A DNA stretch of 64,000 nucleotides. Source: Mobula hypostoma (taxonomy: Eukaryota). How positions within the stretch are numbered: position 1 is the first letter of the stretch; each line of letters starts with the position of its first letter. Shown one piece after another: positions 38,928 to 50,644 of the stretch. The stretch lies in the NCBI RefSeq assembly GCF_963921235.1, contig NC_086101.1, positions 7,938,001 through 8,002,000 on the forward strand, written 5' to 3'. Under the pieces are notes generated by a model. The model had not been told where the DNA came from, searched no databases, and saw only the letters and a list, made by a program, of their open reading frames with translations. Made by a program: the position numbers and the translations under genes.

Positions 38928-40320
38928 ATCCACCATCACACTTGATTGGTCCTATTCTCTCACGTCTTACTTCTTGCTCTTCACATACTTGTCGAACGCC
39001 TTTGGGTTTTCCTTAATCCTGCTCGCCAAGCGCTTCTCATGGCCCCTTCTGGTTCTCCGAACTTCATTCTGAATCTCCTTCCTGCTAGCCTTATAATCTT
39101 CTAGCTCTCGATCATTGCCTAGGTTTTTGAACATTTCATAAGCTTTTCTTTTCTATTGACTAGATTTTCAATTGCCTCTGTACACCATCGTTCCTGTACC
39201 CTACCATCCCTACCCTGCCTCATTGGAACGTACCTATGCAGAACGCCACGCAAGCATCCCCTGAACATTTGCCACATTTCAATCGTCTATTTCTCTGAGA
39301 ACATCGGTTCCCAATTTATGCTTCCAATTTCATGCCTGATAGCCTCGTATATCCCCTTACTCCAATTAAACGCTTTCCTAACCTGTCTGTTCCTATCCCA
39401 CTCCAATGTTATGGTAAAGGAGATAGAATTGTGATCACCATCTCCAAAATGCTCTTCCACTGAGAGACCTGACACCTGACCAGGTTCATTTCCCAATACC
39501 AGATCAAGTACAGTCTCTCCTCTTGTATGTTTAGCTACATACAGTGTCAGGAAACCTTCCTTAACACACCTAACAAACTCCACCCCATCTAAACCTCTTG
39601 CTTTAGGGAGGTTCTAATCAATATTGGGGAAACTAAAACCCCCCATCGCGACAACCCTGTTATTACTGCTGCGTTCCAGAATCTGCCTCCCTATCTGCTC
39701 CTCGATGTCTCTGGGTGGTCTATAAAAAACACTCGCTGGAGTTATTGATCCCTTCTTGCTTCTAAGTTCCACCCACGGAGACTCAGTAGACAATCTCTCC
39801 ATGACTTTCTCCTTTTCTGCAGCCGTGACACGATCTCTGATCAGCAGTGCCACTCTCCCGCTTCTTTTGAACGCCCCCCCCCCGCCCCCGTCCTTTCTAA
39901 AATATCTAAAGCCTGGCACTCTAAGTAGCCGTTCCTGCCCCTGAGACTTCCACGTCTCTGTAATGAATACAACATCATAGCTTCAAGTACTGATGCACGC
40001 TCTAAGTTCATCCACTTTGTTTATAATACTCCTTGCATTAAAATAGACACATCTCAAACCATAAGTCTGAACGCATCCCTTCTCTATAACCTGCCTATCC
40101 TCACTCTCACACTGCCTACAAGCCTTCTCTATTAGTGAGTCAACCGCCATTGCCTCCGTCTCTTCAGTTCGGTTCCCATCCCCAGCAATTGTAGTTTTAT
40201 TGTCCCAGACAGCCTTTGCAAACCTCTCTGCCAGGATATTGGTCCCACTCGGATTCAAGTGTAACCCATCCTCTTTGTACAGGTCACGCCTGCCCCCAAA
40301 GAGTGCCATATGGTCCAGAA
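36170..40320 (-). mobile_element. Run of minus-strand CR1 fragments (ORF1 end, endonuclease, RT, 3' ends)
   Basis: DGLHLN, YFNARSI, FYRPP, LDLVLGNEPGQV, DWRAADVVPLFKKG..NYRPVSL and WAEKWQM; (CA)n at 38890-38925. Confidence 0.85.
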
Positions 40321-40324
40321 TTTC

Positions 40325-40976
40325 CTGCCATGCGCTTTGGTAGTGGAAATAAATGTGCAGACTATTTTCTAAACGTGCAGAAATTCCAGGAACGCGTGAT
40401 GCAGAGGGACATGGGAGTCCTTGCGCAGAACATCCTAAAGGCTAGCTTGCAGGTTGAGTCGGTGGTGAGGAGGACAAACGTCACGTTAGCATTCATTTTT
40501 AGAGGTCTAAAATACAAGAGCAAGGATGTCACGCCCAGGCTTTATAAGACACTGGTAAGGCCTCACCTTGAGTACTGTGAACAGGTTTTAGCCCCTCATT
40601 TTAGAAAAGATGTGGTGGCATTGGAGATGCTCCGGAGGAGATTCACAAGGAGGATTTCAGGAATGAAAGGGTTATTATACGAGGAATATTTGATGGCTCT
40701 GGAGCTGCACTCGCTGGAATTCAGAAGGATGAGGGGGGATCTCATTGAAACCTTTCGAATGTTGAAAGTCCTAGACAGAGTAGATGTGGATAGGATGTTT
40801 CCCATGGTGGGAGAGTCCAGGACAAGAGGGCACAGCCTCAAGATAGAGGGGCACCCTTTCAAAACAGAGATGCGGAGAAATTTCTTTAGCCAAAGGGTGG
40901 TGAATATGTGCAATTTGTTGCCACCTGCAGCTGTGGAGGCCAGGTCATTGGTTGTATTTGAGGGAGAGTTTGATAG
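40325..40976 (+). mobile_element. CR1 3' region, split by a solo LTR (resumes 44596 to about 44755)
   Basis: LYKTLVRPHLEYC..RRMRGDLIE..RTRGHSLK; sequence continues GTTCTTGATTGG after 44600. Confidence 0.88.
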
Positions 40977-41449
40977 TGCCATACGGGGGGCGTTGGGAGC
41001 GGACCCAAATGCAAGACACAGACACTGAAGTACTAGGAACAGGAATTGACTAGTGAGCTGGGACAAGAACACAGACTTGGGCTAGGACATTGGCTAGGCA
41101 AGCGGGACCAGGACACGGAACTGGGAGCTAGGAGCCTGGGCTTGGACTCCGAGTCAGGGACTGGACAAGAACCCGGAACGTGGGTCTTGGCTCGGGCTCG
41201 GACCCCGGAACGAGGCGAGGACACGGCGAGGCTAGGATTTTTTTCGAGGCTTGAGTATGGATTCCGAGCCAGAGACTGGGCAAGGACCCAGAACATGGTT
41301 TTTGACTTGGGCTGGGACTCTAGAACTAGACGAAGACATGACGTGGCTACAGAACTGGATGAGGCTTGGATTCTTCGAGGCATTCCTGGGTAGGACGACG
41401 TAGTCCTGGACTGGGCGAGGCACATGAACAGAACCAGACCCCGAAGTCT

Positions 41450-41657
41450 TGACTTGGTCTTGGGAGAACAGGAAAGACAGAGCTTTGGTTTGGCAGAACA
41501 GGAACACAGAACCTTGGTCTTGCCAGAACAGGAACACAGAGCCTTGGTCTTGGCAGAACAGGAACAGAGAGCCTTGGTCTTGGGAGAACAGGAACATGGA
41601 ACACAGAGCCTTGGTCTTGGGAGAGGCAGGAACACAGGGACATGGAACACAGAGCCA
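41450..41657. repeat. About 30-bp tandem repeat (CTTGGTCTTGGCAGAACAGGAACACAGAGC, about 6 copies) within the LTR
   Basis: Directly visible head-to-tail units with no unique spacers. Confidence 0.85.
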
Positions 41658-41983
41658 GGACTCCTCCTTGGGAACAGGACTTGGGGCCGAGGCTCTATAC
41701 AGAGTCAGGACCCCTCCTAGGAGGCAGGACGTTGTGCCGGGGCTCGGATACAGAACATGGAGAGACGGTTGCCAACACAAGGTAGAGCCAAACGGCCGGA
41801 CCTACCTAGTGAAGGAGTGGACACAGAGACAGTTCAAAACAATGATAGACAGTTCCTTATCTTGCTCCGGCAGTTGAACTTGACAGCGGTGCAGGCGAGG
41901 GTTACAGGCGAGGGGACGTTTCAGGCAGGGCTCCGGGAGGAAGGTGAAGGGAAGGGAAGGGAACAGTCCAGCAACTGAAGCTG

Positions 41984-44426
41984 TCTGTCTGTCGGTCTGT
42001 GTCTTGTTTTACGGCGGTTGTCATCCAGCTTAATGGTGCATTACCGCCACCCTCTGCTCCGGAATGTGCACTGGACATATATTCTAAATCCCTTCACCCA
42101 TCTCACCCATGCCCAGAAACCATTTTAATGTGAATTCCTGCACCCACAACTCCCTTAATTTAATTCTCATCATCTCTCTCTGTCTCCCATACCTCCTGCA
42201 ACACAAAACTCGATGTTCTACTGACTCCTCTTCCTGACATTCCTCACACAATCCTGTCTGGTGTTTCCCTATCATTTTCAATGTTTTGTTTAATGCACAA
42301 TGTCCCAGCCTTAGCCTAGTCCACACAGTTTCCTCTCTTCTGTTTCCATTACCTACCCTAGTACCTGCAACACTCTTTTGTATTTGATATAAATGCCTCC
42401 CTTTCCCCTCCCTGTCCCATCTTTCTTGCCACATTCGGTTGACTTTTTCCCAGATTACACACTTAACCTCTGCTTTACTAATACTAATGTGCATTTCCAC
42501 ATTTTCTTTCTTTAACGCCCTCTTTGACAACTCATCCACCCTCACATTCCCCTTCACCCCTACATGTGCTGGAACCCATAGAAATTTTACCTGACCTCCT
42601 TGATTTGCAATTCTTGTAACTAACTGAAGGACTTCATAAAGTACATCTTGCCGACTATTTGTGTGAAATGACCTTAAACTTGCTAGAACTGAGGATGAAT
42701 CTGAACATATCAATGCTTTGGCTTGTCTGGCTTTCTGCACCCATTGCAACGCAACCAACACTGCCAGCATCTCCACTGTAAACACCCCTAACTTATTAGA
42801 TGTTCTTCTGCTGATCCCAATTTCTTTTGCTGGTATTACCACCCCAAACCCTGTCACTCCTGTTTCAGCTTCCTTCGCCCCATCTGTATAAATGTGAGTA
42901 TAATCACTATACTTTTCCATCACATGACAGTTAAATGCATTTACCAAATCTGTTTTATATCTTCCTTTCCTTTTTACCTCTAACAAATGCCAGTCTATGT
43001 CAGGCCATACAAGCTTCTATGGAGCTACAACCGGATAAACTACTGAAGGACTTATCCTCAGATCAAACACTCCACATTCTTTCGCGATATCATTCCCTAC
43101 CCGACTAAAGGTATCCCTCTGAAACCTCCCATTTTCCCAGCACTCCTGCAACACTCCTTTAGTAGGGTGAGAATCATTGTGCCCCTCAAGTTAGCACAGT
43201 AATTTGCTATCAGTTGCATCCTTCTTAGTTCCAAAGGCATTATTCCCATTTCTACCTGTAGGGCTGACACTGGTGTCGTTTTAAAAGCCCCACTGCACAC
43301 TCTCAAGGCCTGAGCCTGAATCACATCCAGTTTCCTTATAAGAGACCTAGCTGCTGATCCATATACTATATTTCCATAGTCCAACACAGATCTCACTAAA
43401 GCCACATACATTCTCTTCAAAGCTGAATAACTTGCTCCCCATTCCCTACCAGTCAAACATTTCATTACATTTATTACTTTTTTACATTTCTCCTCAACTT
43501 TCCTGATATGGTCTGCCTATGTTAATCGTGAATCAAATATAACTCCCAGAAATTTAAATGCTGCAACCCTTTCTAATTCAACCCCATACATCCTTAGCTT
43601 CTTCCCTACCTCAACTCTTTTCCTGGTAAAAAATACAGTTTGAGTTTTATCTACTGAAAATCTACATCCCCAATCATAACCCCACTCCACCACTTCATCA
43701 ATTGCTTCTTGTAGTTTCTTGATTATATGGTCCATGTTCCTGTCTCTTTTCTACAAGGCCCCATCATCAACAAACAGTGACCTACCTATATCCGCTGGTA
43801 CCTTTGTGAAGACATCATTGATCATAATGATGAAAAGTAACGGGCTAATCACACTACCTTGAGGTGTGCCATTTTCCACTATGTACTGTTTTGATAATTC
43901 TGATCCAATCCGAACTTGAATTTTTCTACCAAACAAAAAATCTTTAATCCAATTAAAAACTCTCCCACCAACCCCCATCTTGTGCAGTTTAATTAATAAT
44001 CCTTCCTTCCACATCATATCATAGGCTTTTTCAATGTCAAAGAACACTGCCACTACTGACTCTCTATTTGCCTGGGCCTTCCTTATTTCAGTCTCTAACA
44101 TTATCATTGAGTCCATGGAATTCCTTCCCTTTCTAAAACCACTCTGATAACTTACCAGCATTCCCCTTTTCTCAAGCTCATACGATAACCTTTCTGTTAT
44201 CATCTTTTCCATTATCTTACATATACTTGATGTTAATGCAATTGGTCTGTAGCTAGTGGGTTTTGACGGATACTTGCCAGGCTTCCTTATTGGAATTACT
44301 ACTGCTTCTTTCCATGCACTTGGTAATCTGCCCTCCTCCCACACTCTGTTGTAAAAATGCAGCAACCTCAAGAGCGCTCCTTCTCCTAGATTTTTTAGGA
44401 TGACAGAGCATATCAGATCTTTCCCT
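41984..44426 (-). mobile_element. 5'-truncated I-superfamily (Nimb-like) LINE with RT, RNase H and C-terminal zinc finger
   Basis: SYRPIALTS, FFDIEKAYD, GTPQGSVISP, FVDD; RNase H YTDG..SDS..WVPAHVGVKGN; CEEC..H..C; (GACA)n tail; perfect 14-bp TSD AGCAACTGAAGCTG (41970-83 and 44427-40). Confidence 0.92.
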
Positions 44427-45364
44427 AGCAACTGAAGCTGATCCCAGGAGCTGTTTATGTAGCCAGCCCAAGAGCAGAATCATGTGCCTCCATTAAGGCA
44501 CATAACAGGGCAAGGGAAAACCGGAAAACCTGGAATACGGATTGATGGACCGGACCATGAACCGGAATGCGGACTCCACGGACCCGACCATGACAGATAT
44601 GTTCTTGATTGGGCATGGCATCAAAGGTTACGGGGAGAAGGCCTAGATCTGGGGTTGAGGAAGAGATAGAAAAAAGGATCAGCCATGATTGAATGGAGGA
44701 GAAGACTCGATGGGCCCTATGGTCTAATTCTGCTCCTATGTCTAATGGTCTTATACTCTTCTATAATACCATGCGCTCCGAGCTTGTTAAGCAGACTCAT
44801 GTGCGGCACTTTGTCAAAGGCCTGCTGAAAATCCAAGTACACAACATCAACTGATTCTCCTTTGTCTACCCTGCTTCTTATTTCCTCAAAGAATTCCAAA
44901 AGCTTTGTCAGGCAATTTTTCCCTTAAGGAAACCATAGTGACTAAGGCCTATTTTATCATGTGCTTCCAAACCCTGAGAAATCATACTTAACATTCGCCT
45001 ACAACACCTTTGCAATTACTGAGGTTAGAATAACTGGCCCATAATGTCCTACCTTCTGTCTCTCTCCCTTCTTGAAATGTGGAATGACATTTGTATTTTT
45101 CTTGTCTTCTGGAACTATTCCAGAATCTAGTGGTTCCCGAAATAGCATTGCTAATGCCTCCACTAACTGCTCCACGTGCAATTTTGATAGGGAGAATGTG
45201 AAGTCTAAGGTAGAATTATGTCAGTGGAGTGAAGATACAGTGGTTTGAGAGAGGAGTTGGCCAAAGTAAATTGGAAGGAGGTGCTTGCAGGGATGACAGC
45301 AGAGCAAGAAAAGTGTGAATTTCTGGGAAAATGAGAAAGATGCAGGATAGATGACCAGGAGACA

Positions 45365-46375
45365 CTAAGCCTCATGGAAGACCACATCTGCGCCAGGGGC
45401 ATCGAGCTGCAACTCCTGAGGAACGACTTTATGGAACTGGATATTCAGCTCGATGGCCTTCGTCTGGTCAGGGAAAGCGAGGAGGTGATATACAGCAGAT
45501 ATAGGCAAGTAGTCACACCGGGGACTCGGGAGACAGATAAGTGGGTAACAGTCAGGAGATGGAAGGGAAGGTGTCGAATAATAGAGAGTACCCTGTTGGG
45601 TACTGTTGGGCGGGGAACAGCCTACCTGGAGAAGCAACTGTGGCTGCGCCTCTGGCACATATTCTGGGCCTGTGACTCAGAAGGGTAGGGAAAGGAAGAA
45701 GGCAGCAGTAACAGGGGACTCTATCGTTCAGGGGTAAGACAGGAGGTTCTGTGGATGCAGGAAAGAAACACAGTAGGCAGTTTGCCTCCCAGTTGCCAGG
45801 GTCTGGAATGTTCCTGATTGCATCCACGATATCCTGAAGTTGGAAAGAGAACAGCCAGAGGTCGTAGTACATATTGGTACCAACGACAGAGGTAGGAAAA
45901 GGGAGGAGGTCCTGAAAACCGACTACAGGGAGTTAGGAAGGAAGTTGAGAAGCCGGACCTCAAACGTAGCAATCTCGGGATTACTGCCTGTGCCACGCGA
46001 CAGTGAGTGTAGGAATAGAGTGAGGTGGAGGATGAATGCATGGCTGAGGGATTGGAGCAGCGACAACCATTCAGATTTCTGGATCATTGGGACCTCCTTT
46101 GGGGCAGGCGTGACCTGTAAGAACAGGACAGTTTGACTTGAATCCGAGGGGGGCCAATATCCTGACAGGGAGGTTTGCAAAGGCTATTTCTGAGAATTTA
46201 AACTGAATTGCTGTGGGGTGGGAACCGAAATGAAGTGACAGAGGAAAAGGAAGGTAGGCTCACAAATAGAGAAGGCTCGGAGACAGAGCAAGAGGGAGGA
46301 TAGGCAGGTGATAGAGAAGGGGCGAGCACAGACCGATTGTTTGTGATGTGTCTATTTTAACGCAAGAAGCACGAG
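45365..46375 (+). mobile_element. CR1 ORF1 (zipper and SGNH esterase) plus ORF2 start, decayed
   Basis: HICAR..LQLL..QLDGLRLVRE; VHIGTND; ISGLLPVP. Confidence 0.85.
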
Positions 46376-46675
46376 GAACACCCGACCTGCTGAGTTCCTT
46401 CAGCATTTTGTGTGTTTGGCGTTGGATTTTCAGCATCTGCCGATTTTATCGTGTTTGTGATTCTATTACTGCGCTGCGAAGCCTCTTCAAGGGATGCCTA
46501 CGCTGAAGAATTTTAAATCTTTTCATCGATGGGATTTCAATGAAACACTCTTTCACTGCTCCCCCTTTGTGATCTTTGCTGCCCTCCATCCTGGTGAAGT
46601 GTCTCGGCCCGAAACATCCACTGTTTATTCAGTTCCATAGATGCTGCCTGACCTGCTGAGTTAATCTAGCACACT

Positions 46676-48597
46676 GTGCATGCGGCTGGGCTATCTGGAA
46701 GGCCATGTAAGGAATCTGGAGCAGCAGCTGGATGACCTTCGACTCATAAGGGAGAATGAGGCAGTCATAGATGAGAGCTACAGGGAGGTAGTCACACCTA
46801 GGCTGCCAGAAGCTGGTCTTTGGGTGACAGTCAGAGGGGGGAAAGCGAAGGTGAGTAGACAGGTAGTGCAGAGCACCCCTGTAGCCATTCCCCTGAATAA
46901 TAAGTTTACCGTCCTGGTTACTGTTGGTGGGGACGACCGACCAGGTGTGAGCCACGGTGGCAGGACCCCTGGCACTGATTCTGACTCTGTGGTGCAGAAG
47001 GGTGGGACGGAGAAGAGGAGAGCTGTCGTCATTGGAGACTCTATAGTCAAGGGAGCAGACAGGAGATTTTGTCGACGTGAGAAGGAAACCCTCATGGTTT
47101 GTTGCCTCCCGGGTGCCAGGGTCCGGGATGTCTCTGACCGGGTGCCCGACATCCTGGTACGAGAGGGAAAGCAACCAGAAGTCGTAATACATGTTGGCAT
47201 CAACGACATAGGCAGGAAGAGGGATGAGGTCCTAAAGTGTGAGTTTCGGGAACTAGGCAGAAGGCTGACGAACAGGACCTCAAGGCTGGCGTTCTCAGGA
47301 TTGCTACCAGTGCTACGTGATAGTGATGGTAAGAATTGGAGGGGATGGCAGTTGAATGCGTGGCTGAGGAGTTGGTGCAGGGGGCAGGATTTTAGATTTT
47401 TGGATCTTTGGGATCTCTTATGGAGAATGTGGGACCTGTACAGATTGGATGTGTTGCACCTGAAGTCGAGGGGGAGCAATATCCTTGCAGGTAGGTTTGC
47501 TCGCATGGTTTGGGAGGGTTCAAACTAATTTGCAAGGGGTATAGGACCCGGAGCGATAGAGCAGTGAAAGAAGTGCATGGCGTAAAGCCAGATCTAACAT
47601 ATAGAGAGACTTTGAGGAAAGAGAAGCAGAATAAAGGGTGTAAAGGTAGTCAGGCAGAAGGGCTAAAGTGCTTGTACTTCAATGCAAGAAGCATCAGGAA
47701 CAAAGGTGATGAACTAAGATCTTGGATACATACATGGAATTATGATGTAGTGGCCATTACAGAGACTTGGCTGGCACCGGGGCAGGATTAGATTCTCAAT
47801 ATTCCTGGATTTCAGTGCTTTAAAAGGGATAGAGATTGGGGCGGCGGGGGAAGGGGAGGAGGGGTGCATTACTGGTCAGGGATACTACTACAGCTACAGA
47901 AAGGGTGGGTAATGTAGCAGGATCCTCTTTTGAGTCAGCATGGGTGGAAGTCAGGAACAGGAAGGGAGCTGCTACTTTTATTGGGAATATTCTATAGCCC
48001 CTCTGGTAACAGCAGAGATACCGAGGAACAGATTGTGAGGCAGATTTTGGAAAGGTGCAAAAATAATAGGGTTGTTATCATGGGTGACTTTAACTTTCCT
48101 AATATTGATTGGCACCTGGTTAGTCCCAGAGTTTGTTAAGTGTGTTCAGGATGGATTCCTGTCACAGTATGTGGACAGGCCGACCAGGGGGATTGCCGTA
48201 CTGGATCTAGTATTAGGTAACGAACCGGGTCAGGTCACAGATGTCTCAGTGGGTGAGCATCTGGGGGACAGTGACCACCGTACCCTGGCCTTTAGCGTTA
48301 TCATGGAAAAAGATAGAATCAGAGAGGACAGGAACTTTTTTAATTGGGGAAGGGCAAATTATGAGGCTATAATGCTAGAACTTGGAGGTGTGAATTGGGA
48401 TGATGTTTTTGCAGGGAAATGTACTATGGACATGTGGTCGATGTTTAGGGATCTCTTGCAGGATGTTAGGGATAAATTTGGCCCGGTGAGGAAGACGAAC
48501 AATGGTAGGGTGAAGGAACCATGGGTGACAAGTAAAGTGGAAAATCTAGTCAGGTGGAAGAAGGCAGCATACATGAGGTTTAGGAAGCAAGGATCCT
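46676..48597 (+). mobile_element. CR1 with 282-codon open ORF1 (SGNH/GDSL esterase) and disrupted endonuclease
   Basis: VIGDSIV, CLPGA, HVGIND and DVLH; same subfamily as 526-2137. Confidence 0.92.
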
Positions 48598-48949
48598 AAG
48601 GAGGAAGGTAAAAGAAAGGAAATTTTAGAGCAGCCTCAGTCATCCTCAGGAAGTAGAAGCAATTCTGCCCCTTCTTCACAGTTGCTGTGTTGGTGCTCCG
48701 CACTCCCAGGTATTCACCACATTCACGTTCTCATCATCAATAGTAACAACAGCAGTGCAGGCTGAGCCCTCCTAAAGCCCGTCACCATCTCTTTTGTCTT
48801 ACTATGTTGAGCTACAGATGATTCAGCGTGCACCATTTGACAAAATTCTCCACCAGGGCCTTGTATTAATCTTCCTGTCCTCTTTTAAAACAGAGATGAG
48901 GAAGAAGTTAGAAAAGCGTTTCATTGGCGTAAGGGAAATTATGAGGCTA

Positions 48950-50643
48950 TCAGGCAGGAAATTGGAAGCTTATACAGATGTTCTCAAGGAAAAGTATGGA
49001 AGAAATGTGACAAATGTGCAGGGGATACTTGTGTGGAGTTCTGCATAGGTACGTTCCAATGAGACAGGGAAGTTATGGTAGGGTACAGGAACCGTGGTGT
49101 ATAAAGGCTGTAATAAATACAGTCAAGAAGAAAAGAAAAGCTTACAAAAGGTTCAGAGAGCTCGGTAATGTTAGAGATATAGAAAATTATAAGGCTAATA
49201 GGAAGGAGCTAACGAAGGAGATTAGGAGAGCCAGACGGCATGAAAAGGCCCTGGCGGCCAGGATTAAGCAAAGCCTCAAAGCATTCTGAAAGTATGTGAA
49301 GAGGAAGAGGATAAGTCGTGAAAGAATAGGACCTATCAAGTGTGACAGTGGGAAAGTATGGATGAAACCGGAGGCAATAGCAGAGGTACTTAATGACTAC
49401 TTTACTTCAGTATTCACGATGGAAAAGGATCTTGTGAAATTGCAGTGATGACTTTCAGCAGACTGAAAAGCTTGAGCAGGTACATATTAAGAAAGAGGAT
49501 TTGCTGGAGCTTTTGGAAAACATCGAGTTGAATAAGTCGCCGGGACCGGATGAGATGTATCCCAGGCTACTGTGGGAGGCGAGGGAGGAGATTGCTGAGC
49601 CTCTGGCAATGATCTTTGCATCATCAATGGAGACGGGAGAGGTTCCGGAGGATTGGAGGGTTGCGGATATTGTTCCCTGATTCAAGAAAGTGAGTAGAGA
49701 TAGCTCATGAAATTATAGGCCAGTGAGTCTTACCTCAGTGGTTCATAAGTTGATGGAGAAGATCCTGAGAGGAAGGATTTTTGAACATTTGGAGACGTAC
49801 AATATGATAAGGAATAGTCAGCATGGCTTTGTCAAGGGCAGGTCATGCCTTAAGAGCCTGATTGAACTTTATGAGGATGTTACTAAACACATTGATGAAA
49901 GAAGAGCAGTAGATGTAGTGTATATAGATTTCAGCGAGGCATTTGTTAAGGTATGCCACGCAAGGGATATTGAGAAAGTAAGGAGATATGGGATCCAAGG
50001 GGACATTGTTTTGTGGATCCAGAACTGGCTTGCCCACAGAAGGCAAAGTGTGGTTGTAGACGGGTCATATTCTGCATGAAGGTCGGTCACCAGTGGAGTG
50101 CTTCAGGGATCTGTTCTGTGACCCTTACTCTTCGTGATTTTTATAAATGACCTGGATGTAGAAGTGGAAGTATGGCTTAGTAAGTTTGGTGATGACACAA
50201 AGGTTGGAGGTGTTGTGGATAGTGTGGAAGGGTGTCACAGGTTACAGCGGGACGTTAATAGGATGCAAAACTCGTCTGAGAAGTGGCAGATGGAGTTCAA
50301 TCCAGATAAGTGTGAAGTGGTTCGTTTTGGTAGGTCCAATATGATTGCAGAATATAGTGTTAATGGTAAATCTCGGTAGTGTGGTGGATCAGAAGCATCT
50401 TGGGGTCCGAGTCCGTAGGTCGGTCAAAGCAGCTGCGCTGGTTGACTCTGTGGTTAAGAAGGCGTACGGTGTATTGGCCTTCATCAATCGTGCAATTGAA
50501 TTTAGGAACCGAGAGGTAATGTTGCAGCTATATAGGACCCTGGTCAGATCCCACTTGGAGTACTGTGCTCAGTTCTGGTCGCCTCACTACAGGAAGGATG
50601 CGAAAGCCATAGAAAGGGTGCAGAGGAGATTTACAAGGATGTT
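48950..50643 (+). mobile_element. CR1 ORF2 fragment (linker and RT), cut by a Penelope
   Basis: SPGPD, QHGFVKGRSC, YIDFS, FINDL..FGDD and LEYCAQFWSP. Confidence 0.9.
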
Positions 50644-50644
50644 T

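Larger units (their letters stand above)
40977..44595 (-). mobile_element. Solo LTR (about 1.16 kb, Gypsy-like) interrupted by a Nimb/I LINE
   Basis: TG..CA ends (TGCCAT../..ATGACA); TSD GATAG/GATAT; minus-strand TACATAAA near 44460 and TGCATTTGGGTCC near the other end; no coding sequence. Confidence 0.7.

Noticed and set aside
41450..41657. CRISPR-like 30-bp repeats
   Set aside because: Head-to-tail with no unique spacers, no cas genes, and inside a eukaryotic LTR.
46680..47528. Host SGNH esterase gene
   Set aside because: It is CR1 ORF1, directly followed by the CR1 endonuclease and lacking its N-terminus.
526..48597. Similarity of 526-1800 to 47310-48597 as a segmental duplication or giant LTR pair
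   Set aside because: Both are CR1 copies of one subfamily with different breakpoints and unrelated flanks.
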